A DNA stretch of 64,000 nucleotides from positions 64,001 to 128,000 of the forward strand of contig CAWGMK010000010.1 in the NCBI GenBank assembly GCA_963823655.1. Reading direction: 5' to 3'. The position numbers were made by a program, and so were the translations under genes. Below are positions 45,499 to 58,687 of the stretch, piece by piece; position 1 is the stretch's first letter; every line of letters starts with the position of its first letter. Below the pieces are notes generated by a model. That model was not told the origin of the DNA. It saw only the letters and a list, made by a program, of their open reading frames with translations, and ran no database searches. The stretch comes from an uncultured Bacillota bacterium (GTDB taxonomy: Bacteria > Bacillota > DTU025 > MWDF01).

Positions 45499-48400
45499 AA
45501 TACGGGTAATGTGGCCCTAGATATTACACTGTCTGATGCCCTTGATGGCATGACGCCCATTAATCCGCTTCCTATAATCCTGACAATTGGTCCTAGCGGA
45601 AATTCCTTGGATATAATCAATATCACCTATTCCAGGCCATGGTCTCCAGGTCAGCATCACAACATCGCGACAGTGACTACTCAATACGCGGGGGCGACTG
45701 CTCAAGACGATGCCTACTATTTCGGCATCATGCCCACCATTGAGATTGTCAAGGACGGCGCGTGGGTAGATGGCAATGCAGATGGACACCCTGATGCGGG
45801 AGAGCTCATAAACTATACATTTACCCTCTCCAACACAAGCAATGTTGATCTGCACATTGTTACAGTAACCGATCCACTGTTAACTGTTCATGGCGGTCCT
45901 ATCACGCTACATATGGGAGAAACGAACTCGACAACATTCACCGGTTCGTATGTGATAACCCAGGCGGACATTGAAGCAGGCTTCGTTTACAACATAGCGA
46001 CAGCGGATTCAGTTGAATCTCCTCCGGCTACCAGCGAAAAGACAGTCTTGCTGCCGCAGTATCCAGCGCTGTCGATTATAAAGAACGGCTTCTGGATCGA
46101 TGACAACGATGATGGAAACGCTGATCCGGGTGATCTGCTCAACTACTTCTTCACCGTAACTAACATAGGGAACGTTGCGCTCCACAATGTTGTGGTCACA
46201 GATCCTAAGGTGGTAGAAGTGGGCGGGCCTACGACACTGGATGTCGGCGAGGCGGACTCGACCACATTCATGGGCTCGTATGCGATAACCCAAGCCGACA
46301 TCGATGCCGGTTTCGTGTACAACATCGCCACCGCTGACTCCACTGAATCGCCTGCTGCCACCGGCGAAGAGACGGTCGCGCTACCTCAATACCCTCTGCT
46401 TTCGATAGTGAAGAACGGAGTTTGGGTGGATGGCGACGCGAACGGAAAAGCTGACCCAGGAGAGCTCGTCAATTACACCTTCACGGTAACTAACGTAGGC
46501 AATCTAACACTCCACAATGTGACGGTTACGGATCCTAAGATCACAGAGGTGGGTGGGCCTACGACTCTGGATGTCGGTGAGGTTGACTCAACCACGTTTA
46601 CCGGTTCGTATTCGATAACCCAGGCGGATATAGACGCCGGCTTCGTATACAACATCGCAACTGCAGACTCAACTGAGTCACCTGCAGCCACAGGTGAAAA
46701 GACTGTCATGTTGCCACAAAATCCGCTGCTTTCGATAGTGAAGAATGGCGCTTGGGCAGACGGCAACGCAGACGGCAACGCAGACCCGGGAGAGCTCATC
46801 AACTATACATTTGTAGTCACAAACCTCGGGAATGTGACGCTTCATAATGTTACAGTCACAGATCCCAAGATTATTGAAGTGGGCGGGCCGACCATCCTGG
46901 CAGTCGGCGAGGCAGACTCGAGCACATTCTCCGGCTCATATGCAATCACCCAGGAGGATATAGACGCCGGCATCGTCTACAACATCGCCACAGCGGACTC
47001 TACTGAATCGGGTGCCGCCAATGGCGAGAAGACCGTAACGTTGCCACAATACCCGCTGCTTTCGATAGTGAAGAACGGCACCTGGGTTGATGGCAACGCT
47101 GATGGCAATGCCGATCCCGGAGAGCTGATCAACTACACCTTCACGTTAACGAACACCGGTAATGTGACGCTTCATAATGTGACCGTTACGGATATAAGGA
47201 TTACGGAACTGGGCGGGCCTACGACCCTGGATGTCGGAGAGGTTGATTTCGACCACATTTACTGGTTCGTATGCAATAACCCAGGCGGACATCAACGCCG
47301 GCTTCGTATACAACATCGCCACCGCTGACTCCACTGAGTCGCCTGCCGCTACCGGCGAAAAGACAGTCGCACTGCCTCAATACCCACTGCTATCGATAGT
47401 GAAGAACGGAACTTGGGTGGATGGCGACGCGAACGGCAATGCAGACCCAGGAGAGCTCATCAACTACACATTCATAGTCACCAATCTCGGGAATGTAACT
47501 CTTCACAATGTAACTGTCACGGATCCGAAGATCGTAGAAGTGGGCGGGCCTACGACACTGGATGTCGGCGAGGCTGACTCGACCACATTCACAGGCTCGT
47601 ATGCGATAACCCAGGCGGACATCGACGCCGGCTTCGTGCACAACATCGCAACAGCTGACTCCACTGAGTCGCCTGCTGCTACCGGCGAGAAGACGGTCAC
47701 GCTGCCTCAGTACCCAAGGCTTTCAATAGTGAAGAATGGCGCTTGGGTTGATGGCAACGCTGACGGCAATGCCGACCCCGGTGAGCTCATCAATTACACC
47801 TTCACGGTAACGAACATAGGAAACGTGACGCTCCACAATGTAACTGTCACGGATCCTAAGATCACTGAAGTGGGCGGGCCTACGACCCTGGATGTCGGCG
47901 AGGCTGACTCGACCACATTTACAGGTTCGAATGCGATAACCCAGGCGGACATCGACGCCGGTTTCGTTTACAACATCGCAACAGCGGACTCCACTGAGTC
48001 GCCTGCTGCTACCGGCGAGAAGACCGTCACGCTGCCGCAATCACCAGCCCTGACTTTATTGAAGAATGGTGCTTGGGTTGATGGCAACGCGGACGGCAAC
48101 GCTGATCCTGGAGAGCTGATCAATTACACCTTCACGGTAACGAACATAGGAAATGTGACACTTCACAACGTGACCGTCACAGATCCTAAGATCGTTGAAG
48201 TGGGAGGGCCTACTACACTGGATGTCGGCGAGGCAGACTCGACCACATTTACAGGCTCATATGCGATAACCCAAGCAGACATAGACGCGGGCTTCGTCTA
48301 CAACAACGCTGTAGCCGATTCGAACGAATTCGAATTCCACGAATGGAAATAAGACCGTAACGCTGCCACAGTACCCGCTGCTTTCGATAGTGAAGAACGG

Positions 48401-51400
48401 CGCTTGGGTTGATGGCAACGCGGATGGCAACGCAGACCCCGGAGAGCTCATCAACTATACATTCATAGTCACGAACCTCGGGAATGTGACGCTTCATAAT
48501 GTGACAGTCACAGATCCTAAGATTGTAGAAGTGGGCGGGCCTACGACCCTGGATGTTGGCGAGGCAGACAATCGCCACATTCACAGGTTCGTATGCGATA
48601 ACCCAGGCGGACATCGACGCCGGCTTCGTATACAATATCGCAACAGCTGACTCCACTGAGTCGCCTGCTGCTACGGCGAGAAGACCGTCACGCTGCCTCA
48701 GTACCCAAGGCTTTCAATAGTGAAGAATGGCGCTTGGGCTGACGGCAACGCTGACGGCAATGCGGACCCCGGTGAGTTAATCAATTACACCTTCACAGTA
48801 ACGAACATAGGAAACGTGACGCTTCACAATGTAACAGTCACAGATCCTAAGATCGTTGAAGTGGGCGGGCCTACGACCTTGGATGTCGGCGAGGCAGACT
48901 CTAGCACATTTACCGGTTCATATGCGATAACCCAGGCAGACATCGACGCAGGCTTCGTATACAATATCGCAACAGCTGACTCGACTGAGTCGCCTGCCGC
49001 CAATGGCGAGAAGTACGTCACACTGCCGCAGTACCCGCTGCTTTCTATAGTGAAGGACGGAGCTTGGGTTGATGGCAACGCAGACGGCAATGCAGACCCA
49101 GGAGAACTTATTAATTACACCTTCGTAGTAACGAATGAGGGGAATGTGACACTTCACAATGTGAGAGTCACAGATGCAAAAATTGTGGAAGTGGGAGGGC
49201 CTATCACTCTGGATGTCGGCGAGTCTGACTCGAGCACATTCACCGGTTCGTATTCGATAACCCAGGCGGACATAGACGCGGGCATGGTATTTAACAGGGC
49301 AACAGCTGATTTGGACGAGTCGCATTCCACAAATAGCGAGATTACAATCCCGTTGCCGCAGTACCCGCACATGAGCATTAACAAGACCGCACTTGAGACA
49401 TCAGTCAGCACGCCTGGTTTGATCCACTACAATGTGGTTCTTACAAATGACGGCAATATCACCCTAAATGGAATTACGCTTGCCGATACCCTAGTTGCTA
49501 ATCCCGGGGCGAAAGTTGAATTGCAGACGGCCAACGATCAGCTAAACGTTGGCGAGACGTGGACCTGGACATATACATACTTTGTCAATCAGGCCGCAAT
49601 CAACCTGGGGGACAGCATAGTAAACACGGCGACGGCCAGCTACTATTTCCAGCAGCTGGAGCCCGTTAGCGACAGCGTAACGGTAAGCATAATCCAAAAC
49701 CCCGCATGGAGCCTTGATAAGACCGTGCTGGAGACCGAAATAAGCTCTCCGGGTGATTTGCATTACACAGTAGTGCTAAGTAACGACGGGAATGTCGACC
49801 TTACCGGTATAGTCCTGGTGGATACGCTGGTCGCAAATCCAGGAGCACCCGTAGAATTGCTATCAAGCAACGGCATCTTGAATGTAGGGGAGACATGGAC
49901 CTGGTCCTATACCTATTACGTAGACCAGGCGGCTATAAACCTCGGACAGTCTATCACCAACGGGGCAAGCGCAACATGTGCACAGTTGCAAACGCTTCCC
50001 GCAGGGGATGAGATTGCAGTGACCATTCTGCAAAACCCCGCATGGAGCATCGATAAGACGGCATCCGAGGAAACGGTGGGCGCACCAGGCGATTTGCACT
50101 ACACGGTCGTTCTAAGCAACGACGGAAATATCGACCTGACGGGGATAACCCTGGTTGACACATTGGTGCCTGATCCGGGCCTGCCTGTAGAATCGCTTTC
50201 AAGCAACGGCATCCTGAATGTGGGCGAGACGTGGACCTGGAGCTACATTTACACCGTAGGCTGGGATGCTCTCTACCTCGGTGACGATGTAGAAAACACA
50301 GCGACCGCAAACAGCGACCAGCTGGAAGGCTATCCTGTCTCAAGCGGGTTCTCCGTGGTAGTAATCCAGGATCCGAACTGGCAGCCGGGACTTGAGATCA
50401 CAAAAGAAGCAACCCCCGGCTCCGCAGCAGTGGGCGACATAGTCACATACCGGGTCAGCATCTTTAACGACAGCGAATTGCCCTCACCTATGACTGCTTA
50501 CGATGTAGTCCTGGTAGACGACCTGCCAGACGGCTTCAGTTATATTGCAGGCACATCACACCTGGATGGGGTGCTTATCGCCGACCCGATAGTGTCGGGT
50601 TCAGAGGTATCGTGGCCCATAGGGGACATAGAGATGGAAGAGGGCCACGTACTGACCTATAAAGTTGGAATAGGCGCTGGAGCGCTCAATGGGGATGGCA
50701 TCAACTACGTAACCGCAATCGGTATTGGCGAAGCCAGCTTCCCGTTCGAGATAGGTCCCGCCTCAGCTCAAGTAATAATAACCGGACCCGCGTTCTCATC
50801 GCATGGGGCCATCTTAGGCAAGGTGTTCCATGATAAGGATGCGGACGGTATGCAGGACAAGGACGAACCGGGCATTGCAAACGCCGAAGTGATCATGGAC
50901 GATGGCATGAGCGCTCGCACCGATGAAGAGGGCCAGTACCATATCGGCCAGGTTAAGCCCGGAGTGCGTTCCATTAAGCTCAATCTGGGATCCCTGCCGG
51001 CAGGGTCGACGCTCACAAACAGCTTCAAGGATGTAACGGGCATATCGGCATCGTTCTTCGTAGATGTGCTGCCATCAGGAGTGGCAAGGGCCGACTTCGC
51101 AGTAGGCATGCCCAGTCAGGCGAAGGAGCCTGTAGGAAGGCCGGGTGGCTCAGAGCCGCTAATCATAACAGGGACAATCGAGCTTACCCACAACGTGAGC
51201 GGTTTCGACGGCTCCTATATAAGGGCCAGGGCGTTCCTGATGAAGAGGTTCGAGGGAGGCTCCCTGGTGCTTAGGTACGATATGCAGCAGGGCATTGCGG
51301 ACGGATTGTATTCGGACGCGTCGGATGATCCGATGTACAGCCTGTACGGCGATGGCTCGGGCACAACGAACCTCGCCCCGTCATCAAGCCCGTTCTATGC

Positions 51401-53444
51401 GAAGCTTGATTCGAAGTACTTCGACATCGCATGGAGCGACTTCCAGCCCGCGTTCGAGTCGGTCGAGCTGGCAAGCTTCATGACCAAGATGACGGGAGGC
51501 CAGGCTTCAATAAAAGTAGGAGGCTTCTCGCTAGAAGGCTTCGTAGCCCCCACAAGGGCAGGCATGCAGACCGACAGGATAGCAGGAAACGGCACCTCGG
51601 GATACTTCTTCCTGGATGACTACCCTGTAGTAACGGGCAGCGAGACAATCTACGTAATCCGTACGAGGTTCTACGATGAAAGCATAATACTCGACAGGAA
51701 GCTTCTCATTCGCAACCTGGACTACAAGATCGATTACTCGACAGGCTCCATACTGCTCACAGACGCCATGCCGTCATACGATGAGGAGGGCAACAAGTAC
51801 TTCCTCGAAGTGACATACTCGATTACGGGCGGCGATTACGACGGGCTTGCGGCAGGCATCAGGGCGCATGCGGACTTTGGGGCCTTCGACCTTGGGGCGA
51901 CTACCGCGATAAGCAACAAGAGCGGTGGAGTCAGTACGGTAGTAGGGGCGGATATGGGCCTCGACTTCGGCGAGGCGTTCACCTTCGACGCAGAAGGCGC
52001 AGTATCCTTCGCCTCAGGGATATATGGAGGATATGCCGTAAAGGCAGGCGCCGCATCCAGGATAGGCAAGGTCGAACTGAGAGTAGAAGCAGGAGCGAGC
52101 GACGGAGGCTTCGTAAAGCCGGGTGAGACGGCCACAATGCCAAGGCAGATCACTCTGTACGGCTCGGCCGGAATTGATCCTGCTGAAGCGCTCATACTGT
52201 CGCTTACCAGCAATAATGCCTGGAAGGGTCTGGACTACAGCTTCAGCAGCGAAAACAAGCTGACAGCTGGATACAAGCTGCCTTTGAAGTTCGGCGTGGC
52301 GCTAGGCATGATCACCTCATTCACCTATACAGAGACGCCTGACACGAAGGGTGCGATATTCGACGCATTCGCTGAGATAACACCAATTCCTCAGCTGGTC
52401 ATCAAGGCATTTGCGCAGATAGCCAAGGTCGGGGAGCCCATCGACACTGACGGAGACTACAGCCTGTCGATCTCATACAAACCCGATTCGAAGCTTGCAG
52501 TGACCCTGGCTTATTTGACCGGCGTAAATGGTGTCGAGAGATATCATACGATCTCACTTGCCGCAGACCTTGCAGTAACTGAGAAGGGCCGCATCTACGG
52601 CAGACTTAGCCTGCCGTTCGGCTCCAGGGCTGCCAACGTCCTGAGCCTGGGCTACAACGACTCCTATCAGCTAATAAAAGGGCTTGTAGCAACGTTCTCG
52701 ATGGAAGGCTCGCTCAGCCTTGGCGGACCCGAGATCATAGTGCCAGACTCAGCGAAGGTTGCAGCCTCCGCATCCTTGGAGTATGTCGCCAAGTCCGGCT
52801 TCAGGGCATACCTCAAGCAGGAGATAACCTACGGCAGCGCAGGGCTGACATCGTTGACATTGCTCAATCTGAACGGCAAGGCTACGAATTGGCTGAGCAT
52901 AGAAGGAAGCGCTGCGGCATACTACGGCAACTCGCCAACCAGGGAGGGGCTGCCGCTTACCGCGGAAGCAGGGCTGTCGCTTGCGATAAGGCCCGAGAAC
53001 ACGGTCATAACGGGCCTGTTCAAGGCAAACACCAAGTACTTCGCAGGCGAGGTGTTCGAGGAACCCGTGATGGCCCTGGTTACGACAGCGACTACAGACT
53101 GGACCCTCGAAGCCGGAAGATACCTGTCGGTTACTGCGAAGGCGGGCTACAAGCTGGCAGCGGAGGGTGCGATCGGTGAATCGTTGGCGCTAAATCACAT
53201 CATATTGCTGCAATCCGGAGCTTCGCTGCACATAACAAGGACGACTGATGTGGAAGCCTTCATAAGGACGATCGGATGGACCGGCAACTGGAAGCTGGGC
53301 TACAGCGTCCAGGTTGTACAGAAGATATTCAACCTGTTCAGTGTCGCGATAGGATACAATTCACAGGATCTGTCCGACACCGATATAGTAGATCAGAAAC
53401 CTTGGTCCGAAGGGTTCTACATCAAGGCCATGTTCAAGTTCTAG
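45499..53444 (+). CDS. Giant DUF7507/DUF11-repeat protein with an SdrD-B-like domain and probable C-terminal outer-membrane beta-barrel; 5' end missing; frameshifts
   Basis: Begins mid-domain (NTGNVAL); 11 x 110-aa repeats, 3 further repeats, DUF11, GKVFHDKDADG..E.GI, long amphipathic beta-strand region ending GFYIKAMFKF. Confidence 0.85.
45751..49380 (+). repeat. Eleven 330-bp (110-aa) intragenic repeats, diverged mostly at synonymous sites
   Basis: K(N/D)G.W.DG.ADG.ADPGE units start near 45751, 46081, 46411, 46741, 47071, 47402, 47732, 48062, 48393, 48723, 49053. Confidence 0.95.
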
Positions 53445-53467
53445 CAGGTCTCGAAATATGGATGAGG

Positions 53468-53494
53468 GCCGCCCTGGTTTTAAGCCAGGGCGGC
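53468..53494 (+). terminator. Hairpin after the giant gene
   Basis: GCCGCCCTGG-TTTTAAG-CCAGGGCGGC. Confidence 0.65.
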
Positions 53495-53872
53495 TTCCTC
53501 ATGATGTTACCGATTCCGTTGCTCTAAAAGGCTTTCCCATCGTATAGGAGGACATATTAGTCCGCGCCACGGGAAGAGATGACGAAATTACCTCAAATGT
53601 GGGGAAAGCCGCTCTACGCTATCAATTGTACCCGCATAAGTCCAGATCAACGCAAATGCCTTCCCTTTCCATTTATGGGTTTCTGTTTTCCCGAAAACAT
53701 CATAATTCGTCGTCGTATGGCAGATGAAATGCTTTGATAATCGTATTGTTCGAGAAGATGTATCTAGATTAATACAAAGCATAAGGCTAGTTATCGCCCT
53801 TATTGATGAGAGAGTATAATCGATGATAGTTAATAGTATTTTATTTAATACAATTATCCGGAGGTCCCATAT

Positions 53873-55689
53873 TTGAAGGTTGCTGGCAATAAGGCGCTGT
53901 TGATCATTTCCATTGTCGCTGTCCTAACAATCTTTGCGGCCCCTGCATCTGCGGCGTGGCCTCTCCAGGCGGAATGGATACCAGCTCTCGGTCCTAATTG
54001 GACCAATATAACGGACCCCTCCGACCAGCAGTCGGCGTACCTGGACTGCGTGGTTGATACGATGCAGCCTTTAAGCAGGCAAGCGGCGTCTTATTGGTTT
54101 TTCGACGGGATCTATATGTACTTCCGGATGATACTGGACGGAGATCCGCTCAGGTATCAGGGCATCACAGCCGCTGGAATGAAGCCCTTCGGGTGGGCGG
54201 TCCTTATAGAGAGCACAGGCGATATGTATCCTGATTATGCCATAGGGATCAACGGAACCGGATCTTCCGATACCATAAGTTCAATGTACAATATCACTCA
54301 GGACTTCACCATGGACGGGGCGACAGGCTGGACGCAGTCTGCCACAACCCCGGTTTTAAACGGTGGCTTCTGGTATCTTCTGAACGGCATGGTCAGAAGC
54401 GGAGTATCCGGCGGGAACACAAACGGCACCCCCGATTATTACTTGGACATCATGGTTCCCCTGACATGGCTGTCAAGGATGGCCAATACCACGCCTCCTG
54501 CTGCTGTTACATCGAGCACTCCCATAAAAATTGCCTTTGGAACGGATGCCAGCGGACAGAATATCGGCAAGGACCTAGTCGGCCAGTCAAGCCTAATAGA
54601 TATTGGCAGCTATTTCACTAGCGTCGCCTCCCGTGACTCCTGGCGGAGGATACGGGCTGCTTTACGATGGAAGGCACACAAGTACGGCAAACCACGGCAT
54701 TTGGTACAGAGGCGAAATGCTTACCGTATCAGGTTCCGGCTGGCCGGTTTCGACACAAATACCCCCATATACAGGCTATATTCAGGTCAGAATCGTAGGG
54801 CCTACCGGCATACAATACGATATCCCATCGCCTGGAGTGCCTACTACGACCGGTGGAGTAGTCATCCCTTCAGGGCATATGGACCATACCGTCCACTGCA
54901 CCTGCCGGGGTCTATTCAATCTATGTGATGCAGCCAAACAGCACCGTCTATATGTTGAAGGACACCTTTACTGTTGAAGTGGTGACCATTGACCTTTCTT
55001 CCAGCACCAAATCGGTCTCGCCTGCTTCAGGCGTGGCGTCTGACCAGCTTACATACACTATAGTGGTAACAAATACCGGAAGCAGCACGGCGACGGGCGT
55101 AGTGCTTACTGACGCCATACCGGCCTTAACTTCATATGTAGCGAATTCATCCACGATGAATGGCTCACCGCTTACTGATGTGGGAGGGGCTAGCCCGTTC
55201 ATAGGAGGCTATACGGTTTCGCCATTGGCTCCCAATGCATCTGCAACATTTACGTTCAGGGTGACCATAAGCCCGAGCGCCCCTGATCAGACGGTGATTA
55301 CCAACACAGCAAGCATTCGATGGAACAGCATGACGATTACAAAGACTGCGACAGCGCTCGTGAATGCGCCGCTGATGACGATAACAAAGAGCGTGAATCC
55401 GACGACGGGTGTGTTGCCGGGCGCAGTGCTTACTTACTCTGTCACATTCACCAATGTAGGGCACTCCAACGCCACAGCTATTGAGGTCATCGATAGCATC
55501 CCTTCGGATACGACATACGTACCCGGCAGCTACACTTCCAGCGCAGGAGGGACTTTCACGTTCCAACACGCTCTGGCAGGTGCTTTCGACGCTTCTGATA
55601 CATTGCCGGTCACTGCGATCAAGTATTCTATTACCCCCCTTGTGCCGGGGGCGTCGGTCACTTTCACTTTCCAGGTCACAGTAAAATAA
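53873..55689 (+). CDS. Secreted protein: unique N-terminal domain plus two DUF11 domains (putative tip adhesin); frameshifts near 54640 and 54900
   Basis: GGAGG RBS, signal APASA|AW; DUF11 domains; ends TFTFQVTVK. Confidence 0.75.
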
Positions 55690-55706
55690 CATCCTGATTT
55701 CTGGAG

Positions 55707-56828
55707 TTGATGCAATTGTTCGGGAAAAGTTCCGGTCTTAGAATATTTGTCTCAATGCTGTCATTTATTTGCCTGTTGGCCGCAGCATCGGGCGCTTCTC
55801 AGACTATGCCTGTGAAAGGCTTGTACCTGGGAACTTTCAATGTGCTTGAGGGCTGGGATGGTTTCGGCATCCTGTCCGCTGAGGAGCCTATCGCTAAGGC
55901 GTCCAAGAACATGCCAATTATGCAAATCCTGGATGCCGCAGGGAAGCTTGTTGAAACGGCACAATGGGACGGGAGCGGTCCAAAAGTGTCCGCTGACGGA
56001 AATGAGTGGACCATGAACCTGACCGCAAACATTGGCTTCAAGAAGCATTCTTTCGAGTTGAAGAGCTCATGGACAGACAAGACTAAGCTTAGTGCGGGAT
56101 TGATAAAGCTAACGGTTACGACGCTGGGAGAGCCGGCTGATGCGGCGAAATACTCGTACGTGCTGAGATTCCCGGGCTCAGGTTCGTGGGTATCAAAGGA
56201 TGGAAAAGCCGCGGCAGTAGCGTCTATTGAAGGCTTTAAGGACAACCTTGCTGCCTACATCGCCATTGCTCCGGCAGACAATTCATGCACATTCAAATCG
56301 AAGCAGATGTCAAAGAGCGATTCCGGCAAAGTCGACAGGAAGCTCTTCTACATTGAGGCATCATCCTCTCCCGCAAAACAGGGTGAGACGCCAAATCCAT
56401 TGATCATGGGCATCTATATGACGAGGGTAATGGCCTGGTCTTACGAGCCGGTCTTGGACCTTTCTTCTGCCATAAGCTCGGGAAAAGCCGAGCCAGATGT
56501 GAGGATATTCGGCACCGTGGACAAGCAGACTGCAAGTCCGGGGGAGAGCCTTAACTATACGTATTTCCTTCTTAACGCCGGAATGGATGAGGCGACGGAT
56601 TTAAGCGTCACCATCCCAATATCAGAGAAAACGGGGTTGATTATCAGCTCGATTTCCGGCAGCCCCGGCATAGCCAAGCTTCAGCCATCGGGAAAAGAAG
56701 TCGAAGTCGTACAGAATGGCCAGTTATCAGGCGAACCAGATATGGGCATCAAGTCTATCCAGTGGAGCCCCAAGGGGAATCTCCGCCCAGGGGAGACTAT
56801 CAGTATTTCATTCAGCATAGCAATTTAG
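55707..56828 (+). CDS. Secreted protein with a single degenerate C-terminal DUF11 domain
   Basis: Signal peptide; DKQTASPGESLNYTYFLLNAG..IQW..LRPGETISISFSIAI. Confidence 0.8.
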   Translation: MMQLFGKSSGLRIFVSMLSFICLLAAASGASQTMPVKGLYLGTFNVLEGWDGFGILSAEEPIAKASKNMPIMQILDAAGKLVETAQWDGSGPKVSADGNEWTMNLTANIGFKKHSFELKSSWTDKTKLSAGLIKLTVTTLGEPADAAKYSYVLRFPGSGSWVSKDGKAAAVASIEGFKDNLAAYIAIAPADNSCTFKSKQMSKSDSGKVDRKLFYIEASSSPAKQGETPNPLIMGIYMTRVMAWSYEPVLDLSSAISSGKAEPDVRIFGTVDKQTASPGESLNYTYFLLNAGMDEATDLSVTIPISEKTGLIISSISGSPGIAKLQPSGKEVEVVQNGQLSGEPDMGIKSIQWSPKGNLRPGETISISFSIAI

Positions 56829-56849
56829 TCAATTAAGGGAGGTAATGTT

Positions 56850-58622
56850 TTGAAGACAACACTTACTAAGGCATTGGCCGTTGCACTATTGATAGTAGCA
56901 ATGGCGGCTGTTTCGGTCACCGCGACCGGAACGCTTGCTGGAACGCTGATTAATAACAGCGCAACGGTAAATTACAAGGACGTGAACAATAACTCAAAGA
57001 CTGCTGTAACTTCGAATACGGTTACTACAACTGTAAATCCTGTTTGCGGCGTTGATGTTGACCCCTGACGCCGGTCACGCGGAAACCGTAGAGGATAAAA
57101 TCAGGGAATATGCATTCATTATAACCAACACAGGCAATGACTACGACTCATTCAGTCTGGCGCTTTCAGGAGTGCCTGCCGGATGGACTGCCGTCATATA
57201 TCACGATGCGAATGGTGACGGCGTTCTTGATCCAGGCTGAAACGACGTAACCAGCAGCACCGGAACGCTTGGATCCGACCTCCCCGACAATCATCGGGCA
57301 TACAAGGGTTGATCATTACGATGTGATCGTCCAGGTCACTGCGCCTGCGGCACCTACCGTCGTGAACCAGACGGCCAATATCACACTGACCGCGACTTGC
57401 ACCCATGCACCCTGCGCACCCGAGCCCGAAGACAGATACTTCCACAATAGCAATGACTGTTCAGACAGGCAATAATGTCGGTGACTAAGACATGCTGAGC
57501 AATTCCAACCCGATGCCCCTTGAGCCGTTCGACTACTACAATAACAGTTTCAAACTCGGGCCTTGTACAGGCATATGATGTTGTTGTAACAGACACCCTT
57601 TCAGGCAACCTTCCTATATAGGTCCCGTATGGTATGACGCGGACGGCACTGGATCTGTATCTTCGGAAGTCAGGTTGCCCGGCGCCTATTCGGCAGGCGT
57701 AATCACAGTAACATTCCCAGCCTTGGGGCAGGCGTCAACGCAACAATCAGCTTCGAGGTCCAGGTAACGGCCGAAGATCCCGTATGACAACGCAGATAGT
57801 AAACTCGGCGAATGTGGCATATGACGATGCTGACGTTAACGATTATCACTTCACAGTAACTGACGATGTGACAATAACCGTCGCCAACCGCGCCGGAGTG
57901 GACATCGAAGCCAATTACACAGCAGTATACCGACCCTGGTGACGTTCTGATGGTTCCTTTCACCATTCAGAACACCGGTAACGGTCCTGACGTGATGGAG
58001 ATAACAACATCGCAAGTCGGCGCGCTTTCATTGACATGGACGATCTACTTTGATGCCGATGCAAGCGGAACATATATCCACCGGCGACACGCTAGTCGTA
58101 AATACCAATGCGTCAGGTGGAATTGATACAGGATCAATGATCAAGGATCAGATAAATCAGGTATGTCGCAGTAGCAACTGTGCCAGCAGGAGCAGTTGAC
58201 GCTTCAGTCGATGCATTGACTATAACTGCAACGACAACGACGGCACCGATAACTCATGATGCAATAACAATCACACATACTGTGAAGGCGCCGATACTGA
58301 CGATAACCAAGGCTGTTGACAAAGCTACGGCAAATCCTGGCGAAACACTGACCTACACGATAACAGTCACGAATATCGGTACAGGTAACGCGACGGGTGT
58401 AGTGATCACGGACGACATCAATGCAATCCTGGACTATGTGACTATGTCCCTGGTTCCATAAAAGTGGACGCAGTCGCTCAGTCGGATGCCGACGATGATC
58501 CTGGACTACTCCTCATACACACAGCCGGCGTGGTTACGGTAAATATACCCACAATTGACGGCACGCTTACTCCTACTCCGAATGTAGACTATGTGATAAC
58601 GTTCCAAGTCACCGTAAAGTAA
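56850..58622 (+). CDS. Secreted DUF11/Ig-repeat protein (putative major filament subunit); many frameshifts
   Basis: AAGGGAGGT RBS; signal VSVTA|TGTLAGTLINNSATVNY; ITNTGNDYD, IQNTGNGPD, LTITKAVDKATANPGETLTY; ends YVITFQVTVK. Confidence 0.8.
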
Positions 58623-58663
58623 CTTGGGCAATCTGCGCTGCTAAAACCTGTAAGTATGGGACG

Positions 58664-58687
58664 GCCTCCGGCGATAGTGCCGGAGGC
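58664..58687 (+). terminator. Intercistronic hairpin after the putative major subunit
   Basis: GCCTCCGGC-GATAGT-GCCGGAGGC. Confidence 0.55.
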
